64,000 bases of DNA from assembly GCA_963708025.1 (NCBI GenBank), contig CAVPSB010000002.1, positions 256,001 through 320,000 on the forward strand, read 5' to 3'. Shown one piece after another: positions 54,570-64,000 of this stretch (position 1 is its first letter; the number at the start of each line of letters is the position of its first letter). Below the pieces are notes generated by a model. The model was not told the DNA's origin. It searched no databases and saw nothing but the letters and a program-made list of their open reading frames with translations. Source of the stretch: an uncultured Candidatus Rokubacteria bacterium (GTDB lineage: Bacteria; Methylomirabilota; Methylomirabilia; Rokubacteriales; DASRDR01). A program made the position numbers and the translations under genes.

Positions 54570-54707
54570 TCATGGCCCGGCCGGGCCGGCCCCGGACGGG
54601 AAGCCGAGGATGAAGCGCGTTCCCCGCCCGGCGGCCGACTCCACCGTGACGGTTCCCCCGTGCTCGGCCACGATGCGGTAGGACACCGCGAGACCCAGGC
54701 CGGTCAG
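54570..54707 (-). pseudogene. C-terminal HATPase fragment of a histidine kinase
   Basis: TGLGLAVSYRIVAEHGGTVTVES..GRGTRF with no upstream domains. Confidence 0.75.
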
Positions 54708-54847
54708 CGGATCAGGGTCCAGGAGGAGCCCCTGCGCGGGTACCTGAAGCGCAAGTACGAGTTTCTGCTCTGAAGGGTCCGCGCGCGAGGCCCCCGCCGG
54801 CCCGGTCTCTCGTGAAACCCACCGCCAACCGGGCCGAGAGAAGCAGC

Positions 54848-54876
54848 TTGACACGATCTCTACATAACTGTAGAGT
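54848..54876 (+). promoter_or_regulatory. chr operon sigma70 promoter with palindromic operator
   Basis: TTGACA-N17-TAGAGT overlapped by CTCTACA-TAAC-TGTAGAG (54858-54875). Confidence 0.8.
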
Positions 54877-54886
54877 TCACGACATC

Positions 54887-55849
54887 ATGAAGTCGGCGCC
54901 GGGCTGGATGGAGCTGGTCATCAGCCTCCCGACGGAGAACGCCACCGAGCGCATGCGCGTCTGGCGCACCCTGAAGGCCACGGGCGCGGCGGTGCTGCGC
55001 GACGGGGTCTACGTGCTGCCCGAGCGGCCGGACCTCGACGAGGTCCTCCGGCGGCTCGCCGGGGAGATCGCGCGAGGCGGGCGGCAGCTGCCCACGTGCT
55101 GCGGGTGGAGCCCCGCGGCGAGGACCAGGCCGAGGCGCTGCGCGCGCTGTTCGATCGGACGAAGGACTACGCCGCGCTGGCCGACGAGATCGGCCGGGCC
55201 CGAGCCAGCTTCTCCCGCCGGGAGCCCGGCGCCGTCCGGCGCCAGGGCAAGGCCCTGCGCCGGCAATTCGACGCGATCGCCGCCATCGACTTCTTTCCGG
55301 GTGAGGCGAAGGGGCAGGCCGAGGCCGCGCTGATCGAGGCCGAGGCGGCCGCCATGGAGATCCTGAGCCCGGGCGAGCCCCACGGGCGGAGCGGACCCAT
55401 CCCTCGGCTGGATCCCGCCCACTACCGGGGCCGGGTCTGGGCGACGCGCCAGGCGCCCTGGGTGGACCGTCTCGCCTGCGCCTGGCTGATCAAGCGGCAC
55501 ATCGACCCGGCCGCGTCGTTCGTGTGGCTCGAGCAGCCCCACCGCCCTGCCCAAGAAGGCGGTGGGATTCGATTTCGACGGCGCGCCGTTCACCCACGTC
55601 GAGAGCCGGGTGACCTTCGAGGTGCTCCTGCAGAGCTTCGGGCTGGAGGCGGACGCCGCGCTCCGGAAGCTCGCCGACGTCGTCCACTACCTCGACGTCG
55701 GCGGGATCCCCGTCAGCGATGCCCCCGGGGTGGCGACGATCCTGGCCGGCGCCAAGCAGAAGAGCCGCGACGACGACCAGCTCCTGAAGCACGCGCTCGC
55801 GCTCTTCGACTTCCTCTATGCCGCGTACACCGAGAGCGACGCCGAATGA
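54887..55849 (+). CDS. chrB: Chromate resistance regulator ChrB (two frameshifts)
   Basis: SLPTENATERMRVWRTLK, IDFFPGEA, WATR..PWVDRLACAWLIKR.IDP, GFDFDGA.FTHV. Confidence 0.88.
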
Positions 55850-57010
55850 CGCGCCAGTCCGGATCGCAGACCGGCGGCGGACGAGACGCTGCTCGCGCGG
55901 CCCCGCACCGGCCAGCTCCTCCGCTACTTCCTCTACCTGGGCAGCCTCGGGTTCGGCGGCCCGGTCGCGCTGGTGGGCTACATGCAGCGGGATCTCGTCG
56001 AGCATCGCGGCTGGTTCACCCGGGACGAGTACACGAAGTCCCTCGCCCTCTCCCAGCTGGCGCCGGGCCCCCTGGCGGCTCAGCTCGCGATCTGCCTCGG
56101 CTACGTGCACTCCCGGATCCGCGGCGCGACGCTCGTCGCGCTCGCGTTCGTCCTGCCGTCCTTCGTCATGACCGTGGCCATCGGCTGGCTCTACGTGCGG
56201 TTCGGCGGGCTTCCGTGGATGCAGGCGGCCTTCTACGGGGTGGGGGCGGCGGTCATCGGCATCATCACGCTCGCCGCCTACAGGCTGGCGAAGCTGACGA
56301 TGGCCAGGGACCGCCTGCAGTGGGCGATCTTCGCGCTCATGGCCGTCGTGACCGGCGTGGACCGAGTCGGAGATCGCCTGGCTGTTCCTCCTGTGCGGCG
56401 TGCGTCGCCCTGGTCGCGCAGGCCCCGCCGGCGTTTCTGCGTCGGCCCCGCTCGGCCTGCCTGGCGCTGGCGGTCACGCCCGAGGTCCTGGGACAGATCC
56501 TGTGGTTCTTCACGAAGGCCGGCGCGTTCGTCTTCGGGAGCGGCCTGGCCATCGTGCCGTTCCTCTACGGGGGCGTCGTCCAGGAGTACGGATGGCTCAC
56601 CGACAAGCAGTTCGTGGACGCGGTGGCGGTCGCCATGCTGACGCCGGGGCCGATCGTGATCACGGTCGCCTTCATCGGCTACCTCGTCGCCGAGCTTCCC
56701 GGGCGCGGTGGCCGCGGCCATCGGCGTGTTCCTGCCCGTGTATCTCTTCGTCGTGATCCCCTTTCCCTGGTTCGACCGGTTCAGCGGCAACCCGCAGGTC
56801 AAGGCGTTCGTCGGCGGCGTCACCGCGGCCGCGTCGGGGGCGATCGCCGGGGCCTGCTACGTGCTGGCCCGGCGGGCCATCGTCGACATCCCGACGCTGC
56901 TCATGGCCCTGGTCGCCCTGGCGCTCCTCTGGCGGTTCAAGGTGCCGGAGCCGGTGCTGATCGCCGGCAGCGCGGTGGCGGGGCTGCTCATCGTCTGGGC
57001 TCGGCACTAA
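55846..57010 (+). CDS. chrA: Chromate efflux transporter (several frameshifts)
   Basis: LGFGGPVALVGYMQRDLVE, QLAPGPLAAQL, FVFGSGLAIVPFL, TPGPIVIT. Confidence 0.9.
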
Positions 57011-57036
57011 GAACACGGCGGCGAAAGGACACCATC

Positions 57037-57462
57037 ATGAAATGGGTTACTCGCGAGAAGGCACGCGTCGATCGGATCGCGTGCCCGTGGCTGATCACGC
57101 GATTCATCGACACGGAGCCGGTGTTCCTGTTCGTGCCCGCCGACCAGGTGCTGGAGGTGGCCCGGCGGGAGGCGGCGACGCCGTTCGACGTGCCGGGCGT
57201 CCGCCTCGGACACCACGGGGAGCAGTGCTCGTTCGATGCCTTCCTCGACGAGTACAAGCTCGAGGATCCCGCGCTCCGCGCCCTGGCGCGCATCGTGCGC
57301 GGCGCCGACACCGAGGCCCGGGCCCTGACGCCGGAGTCCTCGGGGCTCTACGCCGCCGCCTCGGGGTTCCGGGAGATCGCCCGGGACGACTTCGACAACA
57401 TGGCCCGGCAGTTCCCGATGTACGACGCCCTGTACGCCTACTGCCGGTCCCGCGGGCGGTAG
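57037..57462 (+). CDS. chrF: ChrF-like short ChrB C-terminal-domain protein
   Basis: MKWVTRE...DRIACPWLI.RFID, H.GEQCSFD, IVRGADT, YDALY. Confidence 0.85.
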   Translation: MKWVTREKARVDRIACPWLITRFIDTEPVFLFVPADQVLEVARREAATPFDVPGVRLGHHGEQCSFDAFLDEYKLEDPALRALARIVRGADTEARALTPESSGLYAAASGFREIARDDFDNMARQFPMYDALYAYCRSRGR

Positions 57463-57484
57463 GCCCCACCGGGAGGGTTCTGCC

Positions 57485-57880
57485 ATGAGCGAGCGCACGA
57501 TCCTGTTCGTCTGTCTGCACGGGGCGGCCAAGAGCGTGGTCGCCGCGACCCACTGCCAGCGGCTGGCGCGCGAAGCCGGTCTCGCGATTCGCGCCACGTT
57601 CGCCGGCACCGAGCCGGATGCCGAGATCGCCCCGGCGGCCGCCGCCGGGCTGCGGGCCGACGGCATCGACGTCGGCGGCCAGCGGCCGCGCCGGGTGACG
57701 CCGGAGGAGATCGCGAAGGCCTGGCGCGTCGTCTCGTTCGGGTGCGATCTGGAGGCGCTGGCGCCGGGCGTCCGCCCGGAGCGGTGGGACGACGTGCCGG
57801 CGGTCAGCGACGGCTACCACGCGGCGCGCGACGCGATCGTCGCGCGGCTCCCGGGACTCCTGGCGATGGGCGCGTCGTGA
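57485..57880 (+). CDS. LMW-PTP/ArsC-fold protein with degenerate P-loop
   Basis: TILFVCLHGAAKS, AGTEP, VVSFGC, WDDVP. Confidence 0.75.
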   Translation: MSERTILFVCLHGAAKSVVAATHCQRLAREAGLAIRATFAGTEPDAEIAPAAAAGLRADGIDVGGQRPRRVTPEEIAKAWRVVSFGCDLEALAPGVRPERWDDVPAVSDGYHAARDAIVARLPGLLAMGAS

Positions 57881-58872
57881 AGCCGGCGCCGACCCTGGTG
57901 CTGACCCGGCGGGACGTGGCCGCCCTGCTCGGGATGGAGGAGTGCATCGCGGCCCTGGAGGAGGCCTTCATCCGGCAAGCCGAGGGGGCCGACCCGCCGC
58001 CGGCCATCCTGAGCCTCCACACCGCGCTGGGAGGTCTCCACGTCAAGGCGGCGGTGTTCAGCGAAGCCCGACCCTACCTCGTCGCGAAGGCCAACGCCAA
58101 CTTCCCGGGCAATCGGAGCCGGCACGGCCTCCCGGCGATCCAGGGCGTCATCCTGCTGGTGGACGGCGAGAATGGTCGGCTCCTCGCGCTGATGGACTCC
58201 AGCGAGGTGACCGTGACGCGGACGGCCGCGACCACGGCGATCGCCGCTCGGCACCTGGCCCGGGCGGCCGCGACGACGCTCACCCTGTGCGGCTGTGGCG
58301 TCCAGGGCGGCGCCCACGTCCGCGCACTGGCCCATGTCCTGCCGCTCCGGGACGTTCGCCTGTTCGACGCCGACGCGGCGCAGGCGGAGCGGCTGGCGGC
58401 CGAGCTCTCCTCGGTCCCCGGGCTCCGGGTCGAGCGGGTCACGGACCTCGCGGCCGCCGTCCGGACGAGCGATGTCTGCGTGACGTGCACGCCGTCCCGG
58501 TCCCCGGTGCTGACCCGCGCGGCGCTGGCCCCGGGCCTTTTCGTGGCCGCCGTCGGGGCCGACAGCGCCTCCAAGCAGGAGCTCGAGCCGGAGATCCTGA
58601 CCGGCGCCAAGCTGGTCGTGGACAGCCTCGAGCAATCGGCGACCATCGGCGAGCTCCACCACGCGCTCGCCCGGGGCCTCCTGGGTCGAGCCGACGTCCA
58701 CGCCGAGCTCCCGGACGTCGTCGCCGGACGGCGGCCCGGCCGGGAGGACGACGCCGAGATCACGGTCTTCGACAGCACCGGCATGGCCACCGAGGATGCC
58801 GCGGCTGCCCTGCTCGTCTACCGGAAGGCCGTCGCGCGAGGGGTCGGCCTCCCGCTCGACCTCGAGGGCTGA
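57877..58872 (+). CDS. Ornithine cyclodeaminase/mu-crystallin family protein
   Basis: RTAATTA, GCGVQG, AVGAD..KQEL, FDSTGMA.ED. Confidence 0.9.
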   Translation: MKPAPTLVLTRRDVAALLGMEECIAALEEAFIRQAEGADPPPAILSLHTALGGLHVKAAVFSEARPYLVAKANANFPGNRSRHGLPAIQGVILLVDGENGRLLALMDSSEVTVTRTAATTAIAARHLARAAATTLTLCGCGVQGGAHVRALAHVLPLRDVRLFDADAAQAERLAAELSSVPGLRVERVTDLAAAVRTSDVCVTCTPSRSPVLTRAALAPGLFVAAVGADSASKQELEPEILTGAKLVVDSLEQSATIGELHHALARGLLGRADVHAELPDVVAGRRPGREDDAEITVFDSTGMATEDAAAALLVYRKAVARGVGLPLDLEG

Positions 58873-58943
58873 CCGGGGGCCATCGAAGCGGACCGGACGG
58901 GCCTGGTGCCGGTGCCCGGCGAGCGGGCCGCGGCCGGCGCGGC

Positions 58944-60533
58944 TCAGGGCGCGAGGGCCCGGCGGACCGCCTCCACCCGGGCCGCCACCGGCCCCGTCGT
59001 GTCCACGGCGAGGTGCTCCGCCCCCGGCAGCTCGGTGACCGGCTCGAACTCCGCGCGCATGCGCGCGAGGAGCGGCTCCGTCGCGTCGGACACCGAGGGC
59101 CCGGCGGCGCGTCGCCGCAGCCGCTCGCGCAGCGTGGCGTCGTCGCAGGTGGTCTCCACGAAGAGGAAGCGGCGGCGGTGCCGCTCGGCCAGCTCCCGGG
59201 CCCGGCGGCGCAGGTCGCGGTCGCGGAAGGTCGCGTCGAGGATCACCCCCCGGCCGGATCCCAGGACGACGTCGGCGCGGCGGAAGAGCTCGTCGAAGGT
59301 GCGACGCGAGAAGTCGGTCGCGTACGCCTCGGCGGGCGCGCGCTCGGTCGGCCCGATCCCGGCCAGCCACTTGCGCGTCCGGTCGGAGGCCACGACCGGC
59401 AGGGCGAGGGCCCGGGCCAGGGCCTCGGCCATCGCCGTCTTGCCCGTCCCGATGACGCCGCCCACCGCGACGACCGGCCCCGGCTCGGCGGAGCTGCGGG
59501 CCCGGCGCTCCGCGAGGGTGAAGAGCTGGCGGGCCTCCCCGGCCTTGCGCGCGGCCTTGTCCCCGGGCGTCGAGGGGTCGGCGGCCAGGAAGGCGGCGAC
59601 CTTGGCCCGCACCCAGGCACGGTACGACACGTAGAAGTCGACGACGTCGTAGAGGTCGTAGTCGTTCGATTCCAGGGCGAAGCGGCCGAGGAAGCTCGCC
59701 GCCAGGTCCGGGCGGGCCCGCGCCTCCAGCTCCATCACGAGGAAGCCGGCATCGGAGGCCACGTCCCCCATCCGGAAGCGCTCGTTGAACTCGATGCAGT
59801 CGAGGATCAGCGGCGCCGGCCCCTCGAAGTAGACGTGCTCCAGGCGGAGGTCGCCGTGACCGTCGCGGACGCGACCCCGGTCGACCCGGGCCTGGAACCG
59901 GTCGGCGTGGCGCCCGAGGAATCCGACCTGCCAGTCGCGGACGGCGTCGAAGGTGGCCGCGGACAGGAACCGCCCCACGAAGGGGCGGACCTGGTCGAAG
60001 TTCTCCCTGACGTTGGCTCCGATCACGGCGACCGCCCCGTAGTGGGGCGTCGCGGGGGACGCGGCGTAGAAGCGGGCCAGCGTGGCCGCGACGAGCCACA
60101 GGTGATCGTGGGTGAGCGCCCCCGACCGGAGAAGCGCGTCGGCGCTGGCGGCGTCGGGAAGCCGGCGCATCTGGACGGCGTAGTCGACGATCGGGCCGTC
60201 GCCGGTGAGCGTCGGCCCGGCGGGTCCGCGGCGGATGGGGACGACGCCGAGGTAGACGTCGGGAGCGAGCCGGCGGTTCAGGCGCACCTCCTCGTCACAG
60301 AAGTGCCGTCGCCGCTCCAGCGTCGTGTAGTCGAGGAAGCCGTAGTCGACGGGCCGCTTCACCTTCCAGACGTCGTGGTCGGTGAGGAAGACCCACGAGA
60401 TGTGGGTCGCCACCAGGTCGACCCGGGTCGGGGTCGGCGGCGGATAGGCGTCGGGACGCAGCAGGGCCTCGACCAGCGGCGGGCTCGGCCCCACCGGCTC
60501 GGACCCGGACGGCGGCACGTCACCCTTTGACAT
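58944..60533 (-). CDS. Bifunctional APH-like kinase/P-loop ATPase (Rv2004c-like)
   Basis: THISWVFL, KVKRPV.YGFLDY, E.RLNRRLAP, HGDLRL, GGVIGTGKT, SDAT. Confidence 0.9.
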   Translation of the reverse strand: MSKGDVPPSGSEPVGPSPPLVEALLRPDAYPPPTPTRVDLVATHISWVFLTDHDVWKVKRPVDYGFLDYTTLERRRHFCDEEVRLNRRLAPDVYLGVVPIRRGPAGPTLTGDGPIVDYAVQMRRLPDAASADALLRSGALTHDHLWLVAATLARFYAASPATPHYGAVAVIGANVRENFDQVRPFVGRFLSAATFDAVRDWQVGFLGRHADRFQARVDRGRVRDGHGDLRLEHVYFEGPAPLILDCIEFNERFRMGDVASDAGFLVMELEARARPDLAASFLGRFALESNDYDLYDVVDFYVSYRAWVRAKVAAFLAADPSTPGDKAARKAGEARQLFTLAERRARSSAEPGPVVAVGGVIGTGKTAMAEALARALALPVVASDRTRKWLAGIGPTERAPAEAYATDFSRRTFDELFRRADVVLGSGRGVILDATFRDRDLRRRARELAERHRRRFLFVETTCDDATLRERLRRRAAGPSVSDATEPLLARMRAEFEPVTELPGAEHLAVDTTGPVAARVEAVRRALAP

Positions 60534-61965
60534 TGCCGATCGGGCTGAGAAAGACCACCTTGCGGGAGACGTCGAGGCGATGGAGCACGTCCACCACCGC
60601 GGCCAGGTCCTTGTAGGCGAAGCCGGCCTCCTCGGCGACCCCGACCGTGGAGGCGGCGCGCACCACGATGCCGCGCTCGGCCATCTCGCGGATCAGCGCA
60701 TCACCGCGCACCTGGCGCCTGGCCTGCGTGCGCGACATCGTGCGGCCGGCCCCGTGGGCCGTCGAGCCGAAGGTCTCGACCATCGCGTGGGCGGTGCCGA
60801 CGAGGAGCGCGGAGCCGGTCTCCATCGAGCCCCCGATGATCACCGGCTGACCCACCGCCCGGTAGGGCGCCGGCACGTCCGGGGCGCCCGGGCCGAAGGC
60901 GCGGGTGGCGCCCTTTCGGTGCACGACCAGCTCGGCCATCTCGCCGTCCACCCGGTGGCGCTCGAGCTTCGCGGTGTTGTGGCACACGTCGTAGACGACC
61001 GACAGCCCGAGGTCGCGGGGGTCGCGGCCGAAGATCCGCCCCATCACCTCGCGCACCCGGTGGGTGATGACCTGCCGGTTGGCGAAGGCGGTGTTGGCGG
61101 CGGCCGTCATGGCGGCGAAGTAGGCCTGGCCCTCGGGGGAGCGGAACGGCGCGCAGGCGAGCTCCCGGTCGTTGACGGTGATGCCGTAGCGCGGCATCGC
61201 CTCGTCGAAGCGCCGCAGGTAGTCGGTGCCGATCTGGTGGCCGAATCCGCGGGAGCCGCAGTGGAGCATGACCACGACCTGGCCCGGCCGGTCCACCCCC
61301 AGCACCGCCGCCACGCCGGGATCGTGGATGTCGGCGGGCCGGACGACCTGGATCTCGAGATAGTGGTTGCCGGAGCCCAGGGTCCCGAGCTGGTTCAGTC
61401 CCCGCTCGGTCGCCCGCTCGCTGACGTGCGCCGGGTCCGCTCCGGCGAGGCAGCCGCCCCCCTCGATCCGCTCGAGGTCTTCCGGCCAGCCGTAACCGCG
61501 GGCGACGCACCAGCCGGCGCCCTGGACCATGACGTCGCGGAACTCGGCCTCGGTGAGACGCACGAGCCCGTGCGCGCCGACGCCGCTCGGCACGGCGGCG
61601 AAGAGACCGTCGACCAGCTCCCGGAGCTTCGGCCGCACCTCGGCCTCGGTAAGGCTCGTCCGGAGGAGGCGCATCCCGCAGTTGATGTCGAAGCCGATGC
61701 CCCCGGGCGAGATCACGCCGTCCTCGGCCCGGAAGGCGGCGACCCCGCCGATCGGGAACCCGTAGCCCCAGTGGCCGTCCGGCATGCAGAGCGCAGCGCG
61801 CACGATGCCGGGCAGGCACGCCACGTTGGTCACCTGCTCGAAGACGCCCGCGTCCATCTGGCCCAGGAGCGTCTCGGAGGCATAGATGCGGGCCGGCACC
61901 CGCATCCCGGGCTTCTCGCTCGTCGGGATCTCCCAGATGCACTCGCCGGCCGGCCGGATCTTCAT
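60520..61965 (-). CDS. rtcB: RtcB RNA ligase
   Basis: MPDGHWGYGFPIGG, GFDINCGMR, GTLGSGNHYLE, HCGSRGFGH, VHRKGATR, HGAGR. Confidence 0.95.
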   Translation of the reverse strand: MKIRPAGECIWEIPTSEKPGMRVPARIYASETLLGQMDAGVFEQVTNVACLPGIVRAALCMPDGHWGYGFPIGGVAAFRAEDGVISPGGIGFDINCGMRLLRTSLTEAEVRPKLRELVDGLFAAVPSGVGAHGLVRLTEAEFRDVMVQGAGWCVARGYGWPEDLERIEGGGCLAGADPAHVSERATERGLNQLGTLGSGNHYLEIQVVRPADIHDPGVAAVLGVDRPGQVVVMLHCGSRGFGHQIGTDYLRRFDEAMPRYGITVNDRELACAPFRSPEGQAYFAAMTAAANTAFANRQVITHRVREVMGRIFGRDPRDLGLSVVYDVCHNTAKLERHRVDGEMAELVVHRKGATRAFGPGAPDVPAPYRAVGQPVIIGGSMETGSALLVGTAHAMVETFGSTAHGAGRTMSRTQARRQVRGDALIREMAERGIVVRAASTVGVAEEAGFAYKDLAAVVDVLHRLDVSRKVVFLSPIGNVKG

Positions 61966-61980
61966 CGGAACCTCCCGCCT

Positions 61981-62093
61981 ACCCCCCCGGAGGATCTCAG
62001 AGCATGTGAAGGGGATCGGGGCCTCCGGCCCCCCCTCCCCCCGGTGGGTGGGGGAGGGGGGCTGGGGGGGTGGGAGGGAGGTCCCGAAAATCT
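61981..62093. repeat. G-rich dispersed element (copy of 29291-29402)
   Basis: Near-identical sequence; abuts the archease stop codon. Confidence 0.9.
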
Positions 62094-62521
62094 CAGATGT
62101 CGATGACGACCTCTGCCCGCCACCCGGCGCCGGCCGGCTCGACGCTGAAGCGGTGGAACGTGACCGCCTTCGCGTCGGCCCGGAGGCCGGTCCGTGAGGG
62201 GTCGATGATATCGCCCCGAACACGCGCCTGCAGACTCGCCGGCCCCGGACCCGTCACGCGCACCCGCGTTTCCGGGTACACCTCGCGGTCACGGTCCTTC
62301 CGGAAGATCAGCTCCGAGAGCCAGTCGTAGAAGAGCAGGTCCACTCGCGGCGCCGTCAGGTCGATCCGCCGCTCGACTGACCGCGGGACGGTCGCCGGGT
62401 CCACCATCAGGTCCACGAGTGCGGCGGCCCCGGTCTCGAAGAGGTCGTCGAGGTCGTCGGCCTCGATCCGCACGGCGCAGTCAGCCAGTGCGATCTCTTC
62501 GAGGAAGACGTAGCGGCCCAT
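62093..62521 (-). CDS. Archease
   Basis: ALAD, LFYDWLSELIF, KAVTFHRF, VIDI; upstream of rtcB. Confidence 0.9.
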   Translation of the reverse strand: MGRYVFLEEIALADCAVRIEADDLDDLFETGAAALVDLMVDPATVPRSVERRIDLTAPRVDLLFYDWLSELIFRKDRDREVYPETRVRVTGPGPASLQARVRGDIIDPSRTGLRADAKAVTFHRFSVEPAGAGWRAEVVIDI

Positions 62522-62617
62522 GCTCACCGCGCCGGGCGACACCGGCGCCACGCTGGAAGACCCGGGCCGGCCGACGCCGCCGCGCCGCTCGGGCGGGCGG
62601 GGGCGCCGCCGGCCCCT

Positions 62618-63064
62618 CTACCACAGGAATGGCTCGACGGCCGCGGCCCGGGCCGGGGACTCGCGAATCACGGCCCGGAGGAGGTCGCGCTCGGTGACGA
62701 TGCCGGTGAGTCGGCCGTTCTCGACGACGGGCACGCTGCCGATCCGCCGCTCGTACATGAGCGCGGCGGCGCGGGCCACGGCGGCGTCGGGCTCGACCGT
62801 GACGACACCGCAGGTCATCACGTCCTGGACCTGCAGGTCGTGGTCTGCCTCGCGCAGGGCGTGGCAGCGGGCGAGCACGGCCTGGCGCAGGTCCCGATCC
62901 GTCACGATGCCGACGAGGCGGCCGTCCGGCTCCACGACGGGCAGGTGGCGGATCTCCCGCGCCCGCATGGCGGTGAGGGCCGCTCCCAAGGGCGCGTCCG
63001 GCGTGATCGTGACGGGGTCGCGGCTCATGAGGTCGCGAACGCGGAGCCGGCTGATCGGGCTCAT
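62618..63064 (-). CDS. CBS-domain protein
   Basis: IRHLPVV..GIVTDRDL, IGSVPVV..GIVTERD. Confidence 0.9.
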   Translation of the reverse strand: MSPISRLRVRDLMSRDPVTITPDAPLGAALTAMRAREIRHLPVVEPDGRLVGIVTDRDLRQAVLARCHALREADHDLQVQDVMTCGVVTVEPDAAVARAAALMYERRIGSVPVVENGRLTGIVTERDLLRAVIRESPARAAAVEPFLW

Positions 63065-63092
63065 GGTGCTATGTCCCTGGCGGTCGGCTCCT

Positions 63093-63650
63093 TCATTGCT
63101 CGAGGCCCCAGCGCTCCGGGCGGGACAGCACGCCTTCCCCGAGCACCCCGATCAAGGTCTTCACCAGGTCGGTCTCGGTGAGGATACCAACGACCCGACC
63201 CCGCTCCACCACCGGCAGCGCGCCCACCTTGTGCGTGTGCATGACGCGCGCCGCCTCGCGCAGGTCCGAATCGGGGCGGACGGTGATGGCGCCCCACGTC
63301 ATGACGTCCTTGATCGTCAAGACGTTCAACGCCCGAGGGGCGTTGCCGAGCTGCGCCTGGAGGTCCGGATCGAGGATCACCTGCCGGAGGTCCCGGTCGG
63401 TCACGATGCCGACCAGCCGGCCGCCGGCCCCGAGCACGGGCAGGTGGCGGACCTTGCGCGCCTTCATGACCTTCCAGCCGGCGCCGATGGTCGCGTCCTG
63501 GCGGATCGTCACCGGCCCCCGGCTCATCAGCTCGCTGACGCGCAGGCGCTCGGGCCACGTCTGGGCTTCGAGCTCGGCGCGCTCCCGCCCCTGGCGCTTG
63601 GGCTGGCGGGTCCGGATGTCGCGGGTGATGGCACGCTTGGGATGTCGCAT
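63093..63650 (-). CDS. CBS-domain protein
   Basis: VRHLPV..GIVTDRDL, VGALPVV..GILTETD. Confidence 0.9.
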   Translation of the reverse strand: MRHPKRAITRDIRTRQPKRQGRERAELEAQTWPERLRVSELMSRGPVTIRQDATIGAGWKVMKARKVRHLPVLGAGGRLVGIVTDRDLRQVILDPDLQAQLGNAPRALNVLTIKDVMTWGAITVRPDSDLREAARVMHTHKVGALPVVERGRVVGILTETDLVKTLIGVLGEGVLSRPERWGLEQ

Positions 63651-63686
63651 CAGGATTCTCTCCGCTTCAGGCGGCCGGGCCGCGCG

Positions 63687-63779
63687 TCAGCGACCGGTGT
63701 AGAGCCAGACGACGAAAGCGGCGACGAGGACGACCACGCCCGCCACGATGACCCACTGGTCCCGAATGGCCTCGACCAT
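63687..63779 (-). CDS. 30-aa single-TM peptide
   Basis: MVEAIRDQWVIVAGVVVLVAAFVVWLYTGR; AGGAGG RBS; first ORF after a sigma54 promoter. Confidence 0.6.
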   Translation of the reverse strand: MVEAIRDQWVIVAGVVVLVAAFVVWLYTGR

Positions 63780-63897
63780 GACGTACCTCCTGCCGGCTGG
63801 CCGCCGGGCGGCGCGTCGGCCGCCACGGCCTCGAACCCGAGGCGCCCGGGGCCGGACGATCGCCCGGACCGGCCGCGTCCGGCCGTTCCAATCTACC

Positions 63898-63913
63898 AGC
63901 AAGCGGTCTGCCA
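63898..63913 (-). promoter_or_regulatory. Sigma54 -24/-12 promoter
   Basis: TGGCAGACCGCTTGCT. Confidence 0.75.
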
Positions 63914-64000
63914 GGTGGGACCTCGGGATTCCAGCCGGTTGGCCAGGGAAGGCCCCGCCGTCGCTGTCCCGGCGACCTCCCCGGCTGGGGCGAGGCCTCC

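Noticed and set aside
54711-54773. Plus-strand IRVQEEPLRGYLKRKYEFLL* segment as a gene
   Set aside because: It looks like an orphan C-terminal remnant at a rearrangement junction, with no start or identifiable family.

Overview
Very GC-rich bacterial DNA. Gene style and intergenic repeats suggest Ca. Rokubacteria/Methylomirabilota, but this is inference. The window has five parts. (1) 1-14.7 kb: housekeeping and fatty-acid catabolism genes, interrupted by a decaying accessory patch with toxin-antitoxin remnants, an integron-type attC site and a ~520-bp direct duplication. (2) 14.8-34.6 kb: a hypoxia/dormancy-type block with an NtrC-family regulator, PAS kinase, PFOR, 4 USPs, Hsp20, CBS proteins, a heme-synthesis-type radical SAM and a citrate synthase whose catalytic Asp is Asn. 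(3) 34.9-53.4 kb: a large electron-transfer cluster with ~57 c-type heme motifs in 12 genes, a Rieske/cytochrome b pair, NapC/NirT-type quinol dehydrogenases, a polyferredoxin and an MtrA/MtrB-type porin-cytochrome conduit. Two genes in it have an in-frame TGA in a UxxC motif followed by a SECIS-like hairpin (a CYCXC/PCYCGC protein and a VKOR-thioredoxin fusion), so they are probable selenoproteins missed by the ORF track. (4) 54.9-58.9 kb: a chromate-resistance operon with a palindromic operator. (5) 58.9-64 kb: a CBS-archease-RtcB-kinase operon. Eleven sigma54 -24/-12 promoters and a recurring GTGGGGC-N6-GCCYCAC palindrome suggest that parts 2, 3 and 5 form one regulon. Several genes have single-base frameshifts that look like sequencing errors.
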